IMG/VR virus record: IMGVR_UViG_3300030382_003857
DNA from: an uncultured virus (IMG/VR IMGVR_UViG_3300030382_003857)
Taxonomy: Duplodnaviria; Heunggongvirae; Uroviricota; Caudoviricetes
Length of the DNA: 64,000 nucleotides
Direction: 5' to 3' (one strand)
Below are positions 18,841-26,986 of the stretch, one piece after another; position 1 is the first letter of the stretch, and every line of letters starts with the position of its first letter. The notes under the pieces were generated by a model. That model made no database searches. It had not been told where the DNA came from and saw nothing but the letters and a program-made list of their open reading frames with translations. A program made the translations under genes and the position numbers.

Positions 18841-19012
18841 TTACATCCCCCACTGAAGTAACAAGATTAGAGTTATGTACCTCATTTAAGACCTGAATGA
18901 AAGAACCAAAATCACCCTGTTTTAGTAATTTTTTCTGGCGTGATGTTAATGATGTCTTTGCTTTCCCCGATTTTTTGTTCGAGCTCTGACAATCTTTTTT
19001 CCAACGCTTCAC
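18824..19012 (-). CDS. Possible small protein overlapping the 3' end of terS
   Basis: Fills the gap between terS and the oxygenase; SD-like GGAGG upstream. Confidence 0.45.
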   Translation of the reverse strand: MKRWKKDCQSSNKKSGKAKTSLTSRQKKLLKQGDFGSFIQVLNEVHNSNLVTSVGDVNVKTH

Positions 19013-19427
19013 GAGACATGCCCTCCAAACCTATGTGTTTAACTTCTCTTTTATCGACATAGAAACCAGCCATTTGGCCTTTTCTAAATTCAGCATTAAT
19101 TGCTGCAGTGTACTGTCCTTTATTAGCTGCAGACTTTTGAAGTTCTTCAAAGTTTTTATAACTCCTAAGTTTATCTTTCTCGTAAATTGCTAACTCTTGT
19201 TGTAATCGTTTCTCCATATATCTACATACATGTGGATTCAAAGCAGGATTCGTTAACCTACTAGCCGTCTCCATCGGGCCTTCTTTTTTCTTTGAGACAT
19301 ATCCAGCTTGTCGAGCTGCTTCAGTCTTAGAGATCTTACCCCAATTCTGTACCAAAATATCAACAAATGATTTTTGTTTTTGAGTAAGCTCCGTTATTGT
19401 TTTTAATTCATTTCTTTTTTTAGGCAT
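18912..19427 (-). CDS. terS: Terminase small subunit
   Basis: LTQKQKSFV...TEAARQAGY...ASRL HTH; AAINAE..RGQMAGFY. Confidence 0.8.
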   Translation of the reverse strand: MPKKRNELKTITELTQKQKSFVDILVQNWGKISKTEAARQAGYVSKKKEGPMETASRLTNPALNPHVCRYMEKRLQQELAIYEKDKLRSYKNFEELQKSAANKGQYTAAINAEFRKGQMAGFYVDKREVKHIGLEGMSREALEKRLSELEQKIGESKDIINITPEKITKTG

Positions 19428-20028
19428 ATTTCATTCTTAACCAAAACTGTATACTAAACCTTTGTTTAATAAAAGGTTGCTTCTTTCCTGTTAATCGTTT
19501 AACTGCATGCGAAATATAGCCTGGAAATAAAACCAAACTATTATGTTGCATCGGTATTTCTATTGTACCACTATCTTGGATTAGTAGACTACCCCCCTTT
19601 AAAGGGCAACGCTCAGAGATATTAAGATTAAAGGTAAACATCTCATTATCCTTATGCCAATTGTAATATTGCTCAGCATTATAAGCAATTATGTGGATTT
19701 TATGATCAAATCTTCTCTCATGTAAGAAGTTAAATACGTCATTATCATCATTACGTATAAAAGCAAAAAGTCCCTCATGCATAAACCATTCCCTTAATCC
19801 CTCGATAGCAGGTAAATCAATATGGGTATTATGATCCCAGCTTTTCCAGAAATCAGTTGCTCGACAGTATTGTTGTTTTCCCTTCATATTTCCATCTTTG
19901 TGACGCCAATGGGGTATACCAAACTGGTGCTGGTTGGCTTCTAGTTCGTCATAAAGTTGATTACAATATTCAGCTGGTAGAAAATCCGAACACCCTATAA
20001 CATTCGGAGAAATCGATTTGTATTCCAT
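19420..20028 (-). CDS. 2OG-Fe(II) oxygenase (HxD type)
   Basis: WHKD, GG, FPGYISHAV, RFSI. Confidence 0.8.
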   Translation of the reverse strand: MEYKSISPNVIGCSDFLPAEYCNQLYDELEANQHQFGIPHWRHKDGNMKGKQQYCRATDFWKSWDHNTHIDLPAIEGLREWFMHEGLFAFIRNDDNDVFNFLHERRFDHKIHIIAYNAEQYYNWHKDNEMFTFNLNISERCPLKGGSLLIQDSGTIEIPMQHNSLVLFPGYISHAVKRLTGKKQPFIKQRFSIQFWLRMKYA

Positions 20029-20029
20029 A

Positions 20030-20235
20030 TTCCTACATACCCTACTTCTAGAAAAAAGAAAAATATTTTTTCAATTTCTAAGTGAAAAGTTCCGGATTTT
20101 TCCTGAAAAATAGGAATTCTTCCTAGTTTTTTCCTAGTTATTTTCGTCTAGAAGTGTTGATATTACTGTGTTTTTCCTACTTTCCTAGAAATATTGTCCT
20201 TACAAAAAAAGATTTTATTTTTTATTTTTCTAAGT
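20030..20235. repeat. AT-rich segment with TTCCTA iterations
   Basis: TTCCTA at 20030, 20120, 20131, 20174, 20182; inverted TAGGAA at 20111; A/T tracts. Confidence 0.55.
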
Positions 20236-20269
20236 GACAGGTATTGGGAAACAGGATATAACTGAAATA

Positions 20270-20347
20270 GGATTCAGGCGACGGAGTTATTCGGATAAGT
20301 CCTGATAGGCTGGTGGATGGGAGACTTGAAGCCAGCCACCCTTTTTC
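20270..20347 (+). ncRNA. Candidate two-hairpin small RNA
   Basis: TATAAC -10 at 20257; stems tcag..gac/gtcctga and ggctgg/ccagcc; T run after. Confidence 0.35.
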
Positions 20348-20474
20348 TAACTATCAACCTGCCCACGGCAGGCCTCCCGTAGTTAGTTTTATTCATAGTT
20401 AGATCCGGAAGTTTAGGCTGCCGGGTCTAACTTGATTAGAATGATTCTAAACTAGCGCCGTGTTCCGTGATTCT

Positions 20475-20621
20475 TTACTCTGATGTATTATGTTCGTAAG
20501 TTTTATCTTCAGCTGCACCCTTATCACAGTCACAACTATTACAAGTACAAATATCTAAATACTCGTCTATATGTTCTGTTCCGCTGCAGTGACAGTCGTG
20601 GTTACAACTCTTACATTTCAT
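20475..20621 (-). CDS. 48-aa Cys/His-rich metallothionein-like protein
   Basis: Manual translation MKCKSCNHDCHCSGTEHIDEYLDICTCNSCDCDKGAAEDKTYEHNTSE. Confidence 0.7.
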   Translation of the reverse strand: MKCKSCNHDCHCSGTEHIDEYLDICTCNSCDCDKGAAEDKTYEHNTSE

Positions 20622-20655
20622 GATGGTTCTATTTTAACGCTTCACGAACCACGGA

Positions 20656-21126
20656 TCAACTGTAAGCCTGACAAATAATTGAAGTGACTAGAGCCGTGGT
20701 CGAATTAAAGACAGCATCTCGGGCCAATAACATCGCTTTCCTTAAATTAATGCGTTTTTCCTTATCTTTTTCATCTTTTAATACCAAATATTTCAAGTAA
20801 TATTCAATCCATTTTACCTGTCTCTGGGTAAAAGTAATCTTCTTTTCTTGAACTGCTTTTAAATACTGAGTTTTAACCTGCTCCGGATCCCAACCAGCCC
20901 ACCAACAGATATTAATAAAATCTTCTTCTTCTTTCGTAATCCAGTTATGAGCTTCCATTTTTATAATCGAAGACTTTCGATCTGAATGAATAATTCTGGC
21001 ATCTTCAAAAGCATTAATTAAAACATAACGCCATAATTTTTCTTCAGGACTCTGATGAGTTTCATTTACTAAATCTTCAGCAATATTAATGCCCATAAGT
21101 TCTAATAAGCTCGGTGAGTAGCTCAC
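20656..21126 (-). CDS. Hypothetical phage protein, possible regulator
   Basis: PEEKLWRYVLINAFEDA...FINICWWAG. Confidence 0.65.
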   Translation of the reverse strand: MSYSPSLLELMGINIAEDLVNETHQSPEEKLWRYVLINAFEDARIIHSDRKSSIIKMEAHNWITKEEEDFINICWWAGWDPEQVKTQYLKAVQEKKITFTQRQVKWIEYYLKYLVLKDEKDKEKRINLRKAMLLARDAVFNSTTALVTSIICQAYS

Positions 21127-21325
21127 GGTAGGTATCTTTCACTCCTCTTTTTACATTTAATTGAGAAGCGAACTCATAGGTTTGATGGATATCATCAATA
21201 AAAGATGTTATCTCTGCGCCTGACCATTTTTGTCGTCTAGGTTTCGTAATGTCTAAAATATCATCGTAATAAAAATCTGCTGCCATAGCAGATCTATTAT
21301 AACTTGGCTGTAACATTTTTTCCAC
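21086..21325 (-). CDS. Hypothetical protein, start possibly at MAADF
   Basis: In coupled gene array. Confidence 0.6.
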   Translation of the reverse strand: MEKMLQPSYNRSAMAADFYYDDILDITKPRRQKWSGAEITSFIDDIHQTYEFASQLNVKRGVKDTYRELLTELIRTYGH

Positions 21326-21572
21326 CCTGCACGACTTTTAATTGGACTACATTGTCGGTTGTTTGAATTGGTTTTCCAGAGTGAAGATCGTAGATGGCTT
21401 CTTTATCTTGAATAAATTTTGAACTTAAAGCTTCGTATCCATATTTAATACCATTCATTAATGCAAAACAGGTACTGCTTACTAAATCATATTCGCGTTT
21501 AGTTAATTTCTGAGCACAGACTCGAAGAGTCTTGGTTAACTCAGTGATACCGTCCTTTGGTTTCTTTTCCAT
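21297..21572 (-). CDS. Hypothetical protein
   Basis: 91 aa; NVVQLKVVQGGK tail. Confidence 0.65.
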   Translation of the reverse strand: MEKKPKDGITELTKTLRVCAQKLTKREYDLVSSTCFALMNGIKYGYEALSSKFIQDKEAIYDLHSGKPIQTTDNVVQLKVVQGGKNVTAKL

Positions 21573-21774
21573 TAATTAAATCCTCACACATTCTTAAAAT
21601 TGCCCAAAAGTTTTGATGCCTGATTCGTGATTGATGTCGATTAATGAGTCCTGTTCCTGCACAGAAGATACAAGTTCCGGTATTACCTAGAGATCCTCTA
21701 ACGTATCCATTTCCTGTACAGCTTGTGCAACTGTTTCTAATTTCATCCATAATATTTTGAAGACGCCTTGTCAA
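21541..21774 (-). CDS. DnaJ-type zinc-finger protein
   Basis: CTSCTGNG and CIFCAGTG (two CxxCxGxG). Confidence 0.75.
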   Translation of the reverse strand: MTRRLQNIMDEIRNSCTSCTGNGYVRGSLGNTGTCIFCAGTGLINRHQSRIRHQNFWAILRMCEDLINGKETKGRYH

Positions 21775-21775
21775 G

Positions 21776-21988
21776 TCAAGAACGTTTTTTAGCTTTCTCC
21801 CATGATAACTTTCCTGGACGTCTATATTTTTTCCATTTACAGTTTATCACAGTTAGACCGGTCTCTGCTAGAATACGAATCTGCCAACCATCCGGAGTAG
21901 CTTCTTCCCAATGCTTAATATAGGTAGGAATTTCCATAAAGGAATCACCTTTTTCATTGTATTCTCTAGGTTTTTTTCTATCACACAT
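21776..21988 (-). CDS. Hypothetical protein
   Basis: 70 aa in coupled array. Confidence 0.55.
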   Translation of the reverse strand: MCDRKKPREYNEKGDSFMEIPTYIKHWEEATPDGWQIRILAETGLTVINCKWKKYRRPGKLSWEKAKKRS

Positions 21989-22547
21989 AATTAATATTTA
22001 TATTTATCCTCCTGGGTGTTGTTGTACAATTGGTTGAATTGTGATGGGTCAGACCATCAAAAATTAACATTCTATTTGCGACGGAGCTGATCTCCACTGG
22101 TTCTCTATCCTTAGGGTAGAGTTGAGTGCACCCATCATTCGCATTCATATAAAATAAAGCTGTTTGGTGTGGAAATTTAAAATCAGTATGTTTGGGATGA
22201 AAATGCAAGAGATCTCCCTGGACATAACAATTTACTTTCATTCTAAGTAGCTGTTTATATTCAATATTTTTCAGAACAATATTAGAGATAAAATCGAAGT
22301 AAGGACTCCTAAACTCTTCTTCACGTCCTCCATTTTTAAGTTTGGCTGCTGAAAAAAGCAGATGAGTAAATTGAAAATGATGGGGAGCTGCGTCCTGCTC
22401 AGTTAACTTATGAGTAAAAGTCCAAGGAAAAGGTTGCTCAAAAATAACATCAAAAAGTTTATCGAAGTCATCTTGTTCAAGATAGTGATCTTTAATTTTA
22501 TAGTCTAATCTATCCCAGGGGGCTGTATTAAAAGTCATTTGATTCAA
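21981..22547 (-). CDS. 2OG-Fe(II) oxygenase-like (HxD type)
   Basis: KHTD, NRMLIFDG..HH, RININ. Confidence 0.75.
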   Translation of the reverse strand: MNQMTFNTAPWDRLDYKIKDHYLEQDDFDKLFDVIFEQPFPWTFTHKLTEQDAAPHHFQFTHLLFSAAKLKNGGREEEFRSPYFDFISNIVLKNIEYKQLLRMKVNCYVQGDLLHFHPKHTDFKFPHQTALFYMNANDGCTQLYPKDREPVEISSVANRMLIFDGLTHHNSTNCTTTPRRINININYV

Positions 22548-23127
22548 ACCTATCTCCTGCCAGGCCTTTAAACATTATATTAAATGCAATACTAATTCTT
22601 AAGTCCTCCTTTGTATAAGGCGGAACATAATGTTGCAACCAAGAAGGAAAAAAAATTATTCTATTTTCTTTTGCAGGAAAAGACCAAGCTGAAGAATTTT
22701 CTTTATTAAAATTTTTTACTTTAGGTCTAATCACCCCTGCTTGAGCTCTTGAATCAACAAAGGTTATAGAAGAATCATTACTTTGCACATAATAAACACC
22801 ACTTAAAAAATTATTAGCATGTGTGTGAGGGGTATGGGTCTCATTTTTTCTTAAAACATTAGCCCACATACCTGTTATTTTAAAGCTGCTATAGATTAAA
22901 TCAGAATTTTTAAAAATAATATTAGAGGATTCATTAACTTTATTTACTAAAGTTGAGTAGGGTTTTTCTTTTTGTAAAGAATCTTTAGACTGCCAATAAG
23001 GTTTTTTACTATCATATGATTTAAGAACACTTTTCTTTAGAGCTTTGTTTTCGGATTCTTTTAAAACATTATCACTTAACCATATGTTAGTTGGAAATAA
23101 TGCGTGATAGTTTAATTGTGTGGGCAT
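22528..23127 (-). CDS. 2OG-Fe(II) oxygenase-like (HxH type)
   Basis: LFPT, PHTH, SGVYY, FPSWLQHYV, RISIAFN. Confidence 0.85.
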   Translation of the reverse strand: MPTQLNYHALFPTNIWLSDNVLKESENKALKKSVLKSYDSKKPYWQSKDSLQKEKPYSTLVNKVNESSNIIFKNSDLIYSSFKITGMWANVLRKNETHTPHTHANNFLSGVYYVQSNDSSITFVDSRAQAGVIRPKVKNFNKENSSAWSFPAKENRIIFFPSWLQHYVPPYTKEDLRISIAFNIMFKGLAGDRFESNDF

Positions 23128-23294
23128 TTTTTATTTTTTTCAAATTTTGTCATTGCTGCCCCCAGTCTTTTTCCTGCACTGCGATGTTCTTTATCCATGC
23201 CCCCCGACAAAGCTCTTACAGTGAACAGATTTATAATACCTAAAATTTCGTCCCGAGTTAATTCAACCGGGATTAATGTTTTTTTTCTCGCCAT
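23112..23294 (-). CDS. Hypothetical protein
   Basis: 60 aa in coupled array. Confidence 0.55.
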   Translation of the reverse strand: MARKKTLIPVELTRDEILGIINLFTVRALSGGMDKEHRSAGKRLGAAMTKFEKNKKCPHN

Positions 23295-23500
23295 TTAATA
23301 AACCTTTCCTTTACTACCTTAAGTAACTCTTCAAATTTAAAATCTAAATCCACAACTTCCGGAGAGGTGACTGTGTTTCTTACCTCTCCATTAACTTTGA
23401 CAGTTAAACTCTTTTTAATTTGGTCGAGTTCAACACTAAAAGTTTCTTGTCCATGTTTGTGAAAGTTGATTCGTTCAATATCTGCTGCATGAAGTGACAT
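23273..23500 (-). CDS. Hypothetical protein
   Basis: 75 aa, TAATG coupling. Confidence 0.65.
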   Translation of the reverse strand: MSLHAADIERINFHKHGQETFSVELDQIKKSLTVKVNGEVRNTVTSPEVVDLDFKFEELLKVVKERFIKWREKKH

Positions 23501-23697
23501 TATAACCCTCCGTTTTTTAACTTCTTCATATAAACTTCTCTTGAAAGTCCTTTCTTCTTTGCTTGAAAGTCTACATAATCACTGACTAATTTAGAAATCA
23601 TCCCTGAGGGTGCTCTAAATTTAGTGCCACAAATTAATTTTAGTAAATCATAGTCCGGTTTTCTAACTGCTACACTTTTCCATTTTGATATATCCAT
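23500..23697 (-). CDS. Small ribbon-helix-helix-like DNA-binding protein
   Basis: KSVAV strand followed by two helices (DYDLLKLIC, PSGMISKLVSDY). Confidence 0.6.
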   Translation of the reverse strand: MDISKWKSVAVRKPDYDLLKLICGTKFRAPSGMISKLVSDYVDFQAKKKGLSREVYMKKLKNGGL

Positions 23698-23704
23698 ATG
23701 TCCT

Positions 23705-24043
23705 CTAGTTTGGTTGAATTATTTGTATACATTTTTTAATTGCATTTTTTAAAGCATCATACTTAAGCATTAAAACCTGCATTTTGTTCCGTGTTTCGTG
23801 TATCGTGGTTCCTTGTTCTTTCAGCTTGGATTGAAGAAACTGTTTTTGTTTCTGAAGAGCCAAATATTCCGGAGAATTGTAACCAATTCCCTTGAGTAAA
23901 GCTAATTCATTTTCTGCGGTTATAGCCCGTTCCTTCCATTTTAACCCTGACTGTCCTAATTGTACAATACCTTGTTCAATTTTTACAAATTTAGGGTCTT
24001 GCATAATCTTATTTTCGAGATCTTTTTTTTCTTGAGCACTCAT
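23705..24043 (-). CDS. Hypothetical coiled-coil protein
   Basis: 112 aa; GGAGG SD. Confidence 0.65.
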   Translation of the reverse strand: MSAQEKKDLENKIMQDPKFVKIEQGIVQLGQSGLKWKERAITAENELALLKGIGYNSPEYLALQKQKQFLQSKLKEQGTTIHETRNKMQVLMLKYDALKNAIKKCIQIIQPN

Positions 24044-24468
24044 TTATTTTTTCCTCCTAACCCAATTAATTTTTCTTCTAAGGTATTGACTATTCGTCTA
24101 ATTTCTTTGACACCTTTTAAGATAATATCGAGTTTTTTTAAAATTCGGTTTCGCTGCAGTTCTTTTAAATAATAAGGAGCTGTACCCACTTCTCCTTGCC
24201 CAAAACCTGCTTTACCGAATGGTTTGTTAATAGTCATTTTGGGATCTTTAATTTTGGAAGCTGCCTCTTTGGTTCTTTCTTCCACTTCACTCATTGGAAC
24301 TCCTACTCCTTTCTTACCGGAGTCTTGTTCTTGGGCCACCATCTGAGCAAATTCTTCCATATCTTTTTTATCAATCATAATATCCATCCAAATAATAGAA
24401 CTAAAAATATAAATGTTTTGGGTAATAATAAAACTCCTGCTAACACAGGAAGTAAAACCCAGAACCAT
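24040..24468 (-). CDS. Hypothetical protein, true start probably near 24378 (MIDKKD)
   Basis: Charged C-terminal two-thirds look coding; 5' part overlaps the 24375-24557 ORF. Confidence 0.55.
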   Translation of the reverse strand: MVLGFTSCVSRSFIITQNIYIFSSIIWMDIMIDKKDMEEFAQMVAQEQDSGKKGVGVPMSEVEERTKEAASKIKDPKMTINKPFGKAGFGQGEVGTAPYYLKELQRNRILKKLDIILKGVKEIRRIVNTLEEKLIGLGGKNK

Positions 24469-24557
24469 GATTGTTGATTTGCTGTTTCAGCTAAATCTTT
24501 ATCTTCGTCTATCGCTTTCATCTTTTTCTTCCTCTCGTTTATCTGATAGTTCATCAA
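24375..24557 (-). CDS. Small membrane protein
   Basis: Hydrophobic hairpin WFWVLLPVLAGVLLLPKTFIFLVLLFGWIL. Confidence 0.55.
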   Translation of the reverse strand: MMNYQINERKKKMKAIDEDKDLAETANQQSWFWVLLPVLAGVLLLPKTFIFLVLLFGWIL

Positions 24558-24780
24558 AAACCATTACGGTTGCCATTGTAGTCCCGAAGGGATAATGAAA
24601 AGTTCCTTTTTCATCTTTGACTTTATAATTCTTAATTGAATCAATATAAGAATCTAACATCATAGAATCTTCTAAAGTTACGCCTTCATGATCCATTAAA
24701 GGGATGTCATTTAAAAGAGCATCTACATCCTTTATAATAGTTTTGAAAAGTTTACTTTTACTTTTTATTTTAACTTGCAT
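24499..24780 (-). CDS. Hypothetical protein, probably on a leaderless mRNA
   Basis: ATG about 7 nt after the -10 element. Confidence 0.65.
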   Translation of the reverse strand: MQVKIKSKSKLFKTIIKDVDALLNDIPLMDHEGVTLEDSMMLDSYIDSIKNYKVKDEKGTFHYPFGTTMATVMVFDELSDKREEEKDESDRRR

Positions 24781-24781
24781 A

Positions 24782-24815
24782 ATCCCATATATATAGGATG
24801 CAATAATAAAGTCAA
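24782..24815 (-). promoter_or_regulatory. Sigma70-like promoter with operator at a divergent junction
   Basis: TTGACT -35; ATCCTA-tatata-TGGGAT flanking the -10. Confidence 0.65.
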
Positions 24816-24821
24816 GAAAAA

Positions 24822-25038
24822 TATGTCTAAATTTATACTGGTAATTACTATTTGTTCTTTCTTGGATAACAGCTGTATGGAACCTATGGAGGATCCTAAT
24901 ATCTATAATTCGTGGGCCGATTGTGTTGATAGTGCTTTACTAAAGTCATCAGAAGTGCTAAAAAAATGGCCACGAGAGGAGATAGATAGGCACAGATTAG
25001 CAACTAAATTTATGTGTTATCCCATTAAAGAAACGTGA
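24822..25038 (+). CDS. Small 4-Cys protein with hydrophobic N-terminus
   Basis: MSKFILVITICSFLDNSC...YNSWADC...FMC. Confidence 0.65.
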
Positions 25039-25277
25039 TTACAGGCTTCATTTTATTTGGCTATTTTTGTATAACTGATACGACCGATATTCTAGGTGTG
25101 AAGTGTCACCAGCTCTATAAACACCCTCCTAAGGTCTTTAAGAGCGTCAAGGAGTGCCATAAGAGGGGTACCCTAGTGGTGGAGGCCTTAAAGTACAAAG
25201 CTAAGCAATCTGAACGCTCTATAACCGAAATTGAGCTGCAATGTCTAGAGTACAATCCCCAAGAGAAAAAGTATTGA
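25035..25277 (+). CDS. Small 4-Cys protein, likely related to the previous gene
   Basis: FILFGYFC...C...FKSVKEC...LQC; GTGA coupling. Confidence 0.6.
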   Translation: MITGFILFGYFCITDTTDILGVKCHQLYKHPPKVFKSVKECHKRGTLVVEALKYKAKQSERSITEIELQCLEYNPQEKKY

Positions 25278-25303
25278 CAAAATAGGTCATTTTGTCTTAT
25301 AGT
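25274..25303 (+). promoter_or_regulatory. Sigma70 promoter with internal inverted repeat; leaderless transcript
   Basis: TTGACA-N18-TATAGT, ATG 5 nt later; gacaaaat-N5-attttgtc. Confidence 0.65.
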
Positions 25304-25308
25304 ATCTT

Positions 25309-25566
25309 ATGAAGCACTATCGTATCCGAGCAATAGTCAAAGGACAATTGTTTATTGGGACGGTTGAGGCTTCAGACCTCGAAGCAGCTTTTTTGGCATT
25401 TGCTAAAAAGATTGAATCGGGGGAAATAACAATCAAAGAGGGTAGAGGTTTTTACCAAGAAAAAAGAACCTTTATCACTTATGAGGAGTTAAATACTGAT
25501 GGCACTACAAGAGCTGATTCAGGAGAAGTTAAATCTCGAACACAAGTGGGCCAAGTCAGCGCGTGA
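25309..25566 (+). CDS. Hypothetical protein
   Basis: 85 aa after the promoter. Confidence 0.7.
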   Translation: MKHYRIRAIVKGQLFIGTVEASDLEAAFLAFAKKIESGEITIKEGRGFYQEKRTFITYEELNTDGTTRADSGEVKSRTQVGQVSA

Positions 25567-25672
25567 ATTAAAAGTTGACGACATGAAGTGGACAGATTTA
25601 AAACTGAAGACTTTAAAAACACAAGTTGAAAATCTTGTGGAACAGGAACAAAAGACGACTATCGCGAGTTAG
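25499..25672 (+). CDS. 57-aa helical hypothetical protein
   Basis: Manual translation MALQELIQEKLNLEHKWAKS...; GAGGAG SD. Confidence 0.65.
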   Translation: MALQELIQEKLNLEHKWAKSARELKVDDMKWTDLKLKTLKTQVENLVEQEQKTTIAS

Positions 25673-26105
25673 GTTTAACTATTCGTACGTCTTCTAGAAA
25701 AAGGTGCGTAACCTTGTCAGTAAATTTACGCATTTTCGGATCAATCCAACAAATCGAAAGATCCTTCACCGGATGATATTCTTTAACTTTTTGTTCAAGC
25801 TTTAAGAAGAATTCAATTTCGTCTTGGGTTTTAGTTTTATAACCAATGATACAATTTCCACACTTAGAAAGTTTATGAAACTGCAACTCATTGGATTTTA
25901 AATTTCCGTTTTGGTCAACCACAATAGGATAAAAATACTTTAGCTGCTGATCTTTCATCAAAGGATATTTATCAAATCCTTTAGACTTAATATCTTTAAA
26001 TTCCATTATCTCTAATCTATTTTTAAACATTTGATAATAAGGCCAGATAATTTTTTTCTTAACGCCTTGTATGATTTCTTCAGTAGTTAATAATTTTTTA
26101 CTCAT
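25659..26105 (-). CDS. Hypothetical protein
   Basis: 148 aa, last gene of the pol operon. Confidence 0.65.
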   Translation of the reverse strand: MSKKLLTTEEIIQGVKKKIIWPYYQMFKNRLEIMEFKDIKSKGFDKYPLMKDQQLKYFYPIVVDQNGNLKSNELQFHKLSKCGNCIIGYKTKTQDEIEFFLKLEQKVKEYHPVKDLSICWIDPKMRKFTDKVTHLFLEDVRIVKPNSR

Positions 26106-26646
26106 GTCCGTAATAATTAAAATTAATAACGACTCTTTGGTCGGTATCCGTTTGTGCTATAGCTTGATGTATTGTGTTGCTATCAAAAATTAGCATTTTA
26201 TTTTCCTCACATCTAATTTTTTTATCATTAATTAATGTATATCCATTATTGGTATTGATGTAAAGAATGGATGTAGTATGTTTAGGGCCACCATCGGTAT
26301 GAGGTACAGACTTATAGGACATATCTCGATTTACTAATAAATTAGCCCTTACTTGAATAGCAGTAAAACATTTTAATTTTGTAAGAATTGGTTCCATTAA
26401 ATGAAAAAACTCTGAGTTAGGTTTACCGTTCTGATAAAACATATGAAAAAAATAATAACTTTCATAGTTAACGCGTTTACCTTTATTATCAAACCAAAAT
26501 CTATCAATTTGTTTTCCTTCTTCTTCAACGGTTATGCTATTAGCTGCTAAATGATCGGTATAAAACCATGGAAAATTATTTCCCAGCATAATTGCTTGAA
26601 GAATTTTAAACTTATCTTTAGGCAGAAAGTTTTTGATTATTTTCAT
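26098..26646 (-). CDS. 2OG-Fe(II) oxygenase-like (HxD type), related to 21981-22547
   Basis: FPWF, PHTD, NKMLIFD..IH, RVVINFNY. Confidence 0.75.
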   Translation of the reverse strand: MKIIKNFLPKDKFKILQAIMLGNNFPWFYTDHLAANSITVEEEGKQIDRFWFDNKGKRVNYESYYFFHMFYQNGKPNSEFFHLMEPILTKLKCFTAIQVRANLLVNRDMSYKSVPHTDGGPKHTTSILYINTNNGYTLINDKKIRCEENKMLIFDSNTIHQAIAQTDTDQRVVINFNYYGHE

Positions 26647-26986
26647 AATGTAAAATCACTTGATTAAGAGCTTCTTTTTTAACTTTAGAATAGGGAGCTA
26701 ACATTTTTGCAAATTTTAAACAGTTACGGTACCCACAACACCATCTCCATTGAGGTTTCCAATGAGGTTTATTGTGGTATCGTTTAGGAGCACACCAACC
26801 AAAGCCTAATGTTTGATGCAACCATTTAATAGTTGATTCATTTGCCATAGCGACTTCAGCTCTAATATACCAGGTATTGTAAACTTTGCCTGTAGGAGGT
26901 TTTGCTCTAGGGTATTGTTTACACATAACATTACCTTCTCCATCAAATAAACCTGCGATATAAGCTAATGTTATTTCACTTGGCAT
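26618..26986 (-). CDS. Free-standing single-motif LAGLIDADG endonuclease
   Basis: LAYIAGLFDGEG. Confidence 0.8.
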   Translation of the reverse strand: MPSEITLAYIAGLFDGEGNVMCKQYPRAKPPTGKVYNTWYIRAEVAMANESTIKWLHQTLGFGWCAPKRYHNKPHWKPQWRWCCGYRNCLKFAKMLAPYSKVKKEALNQVILHYENNQKLSA

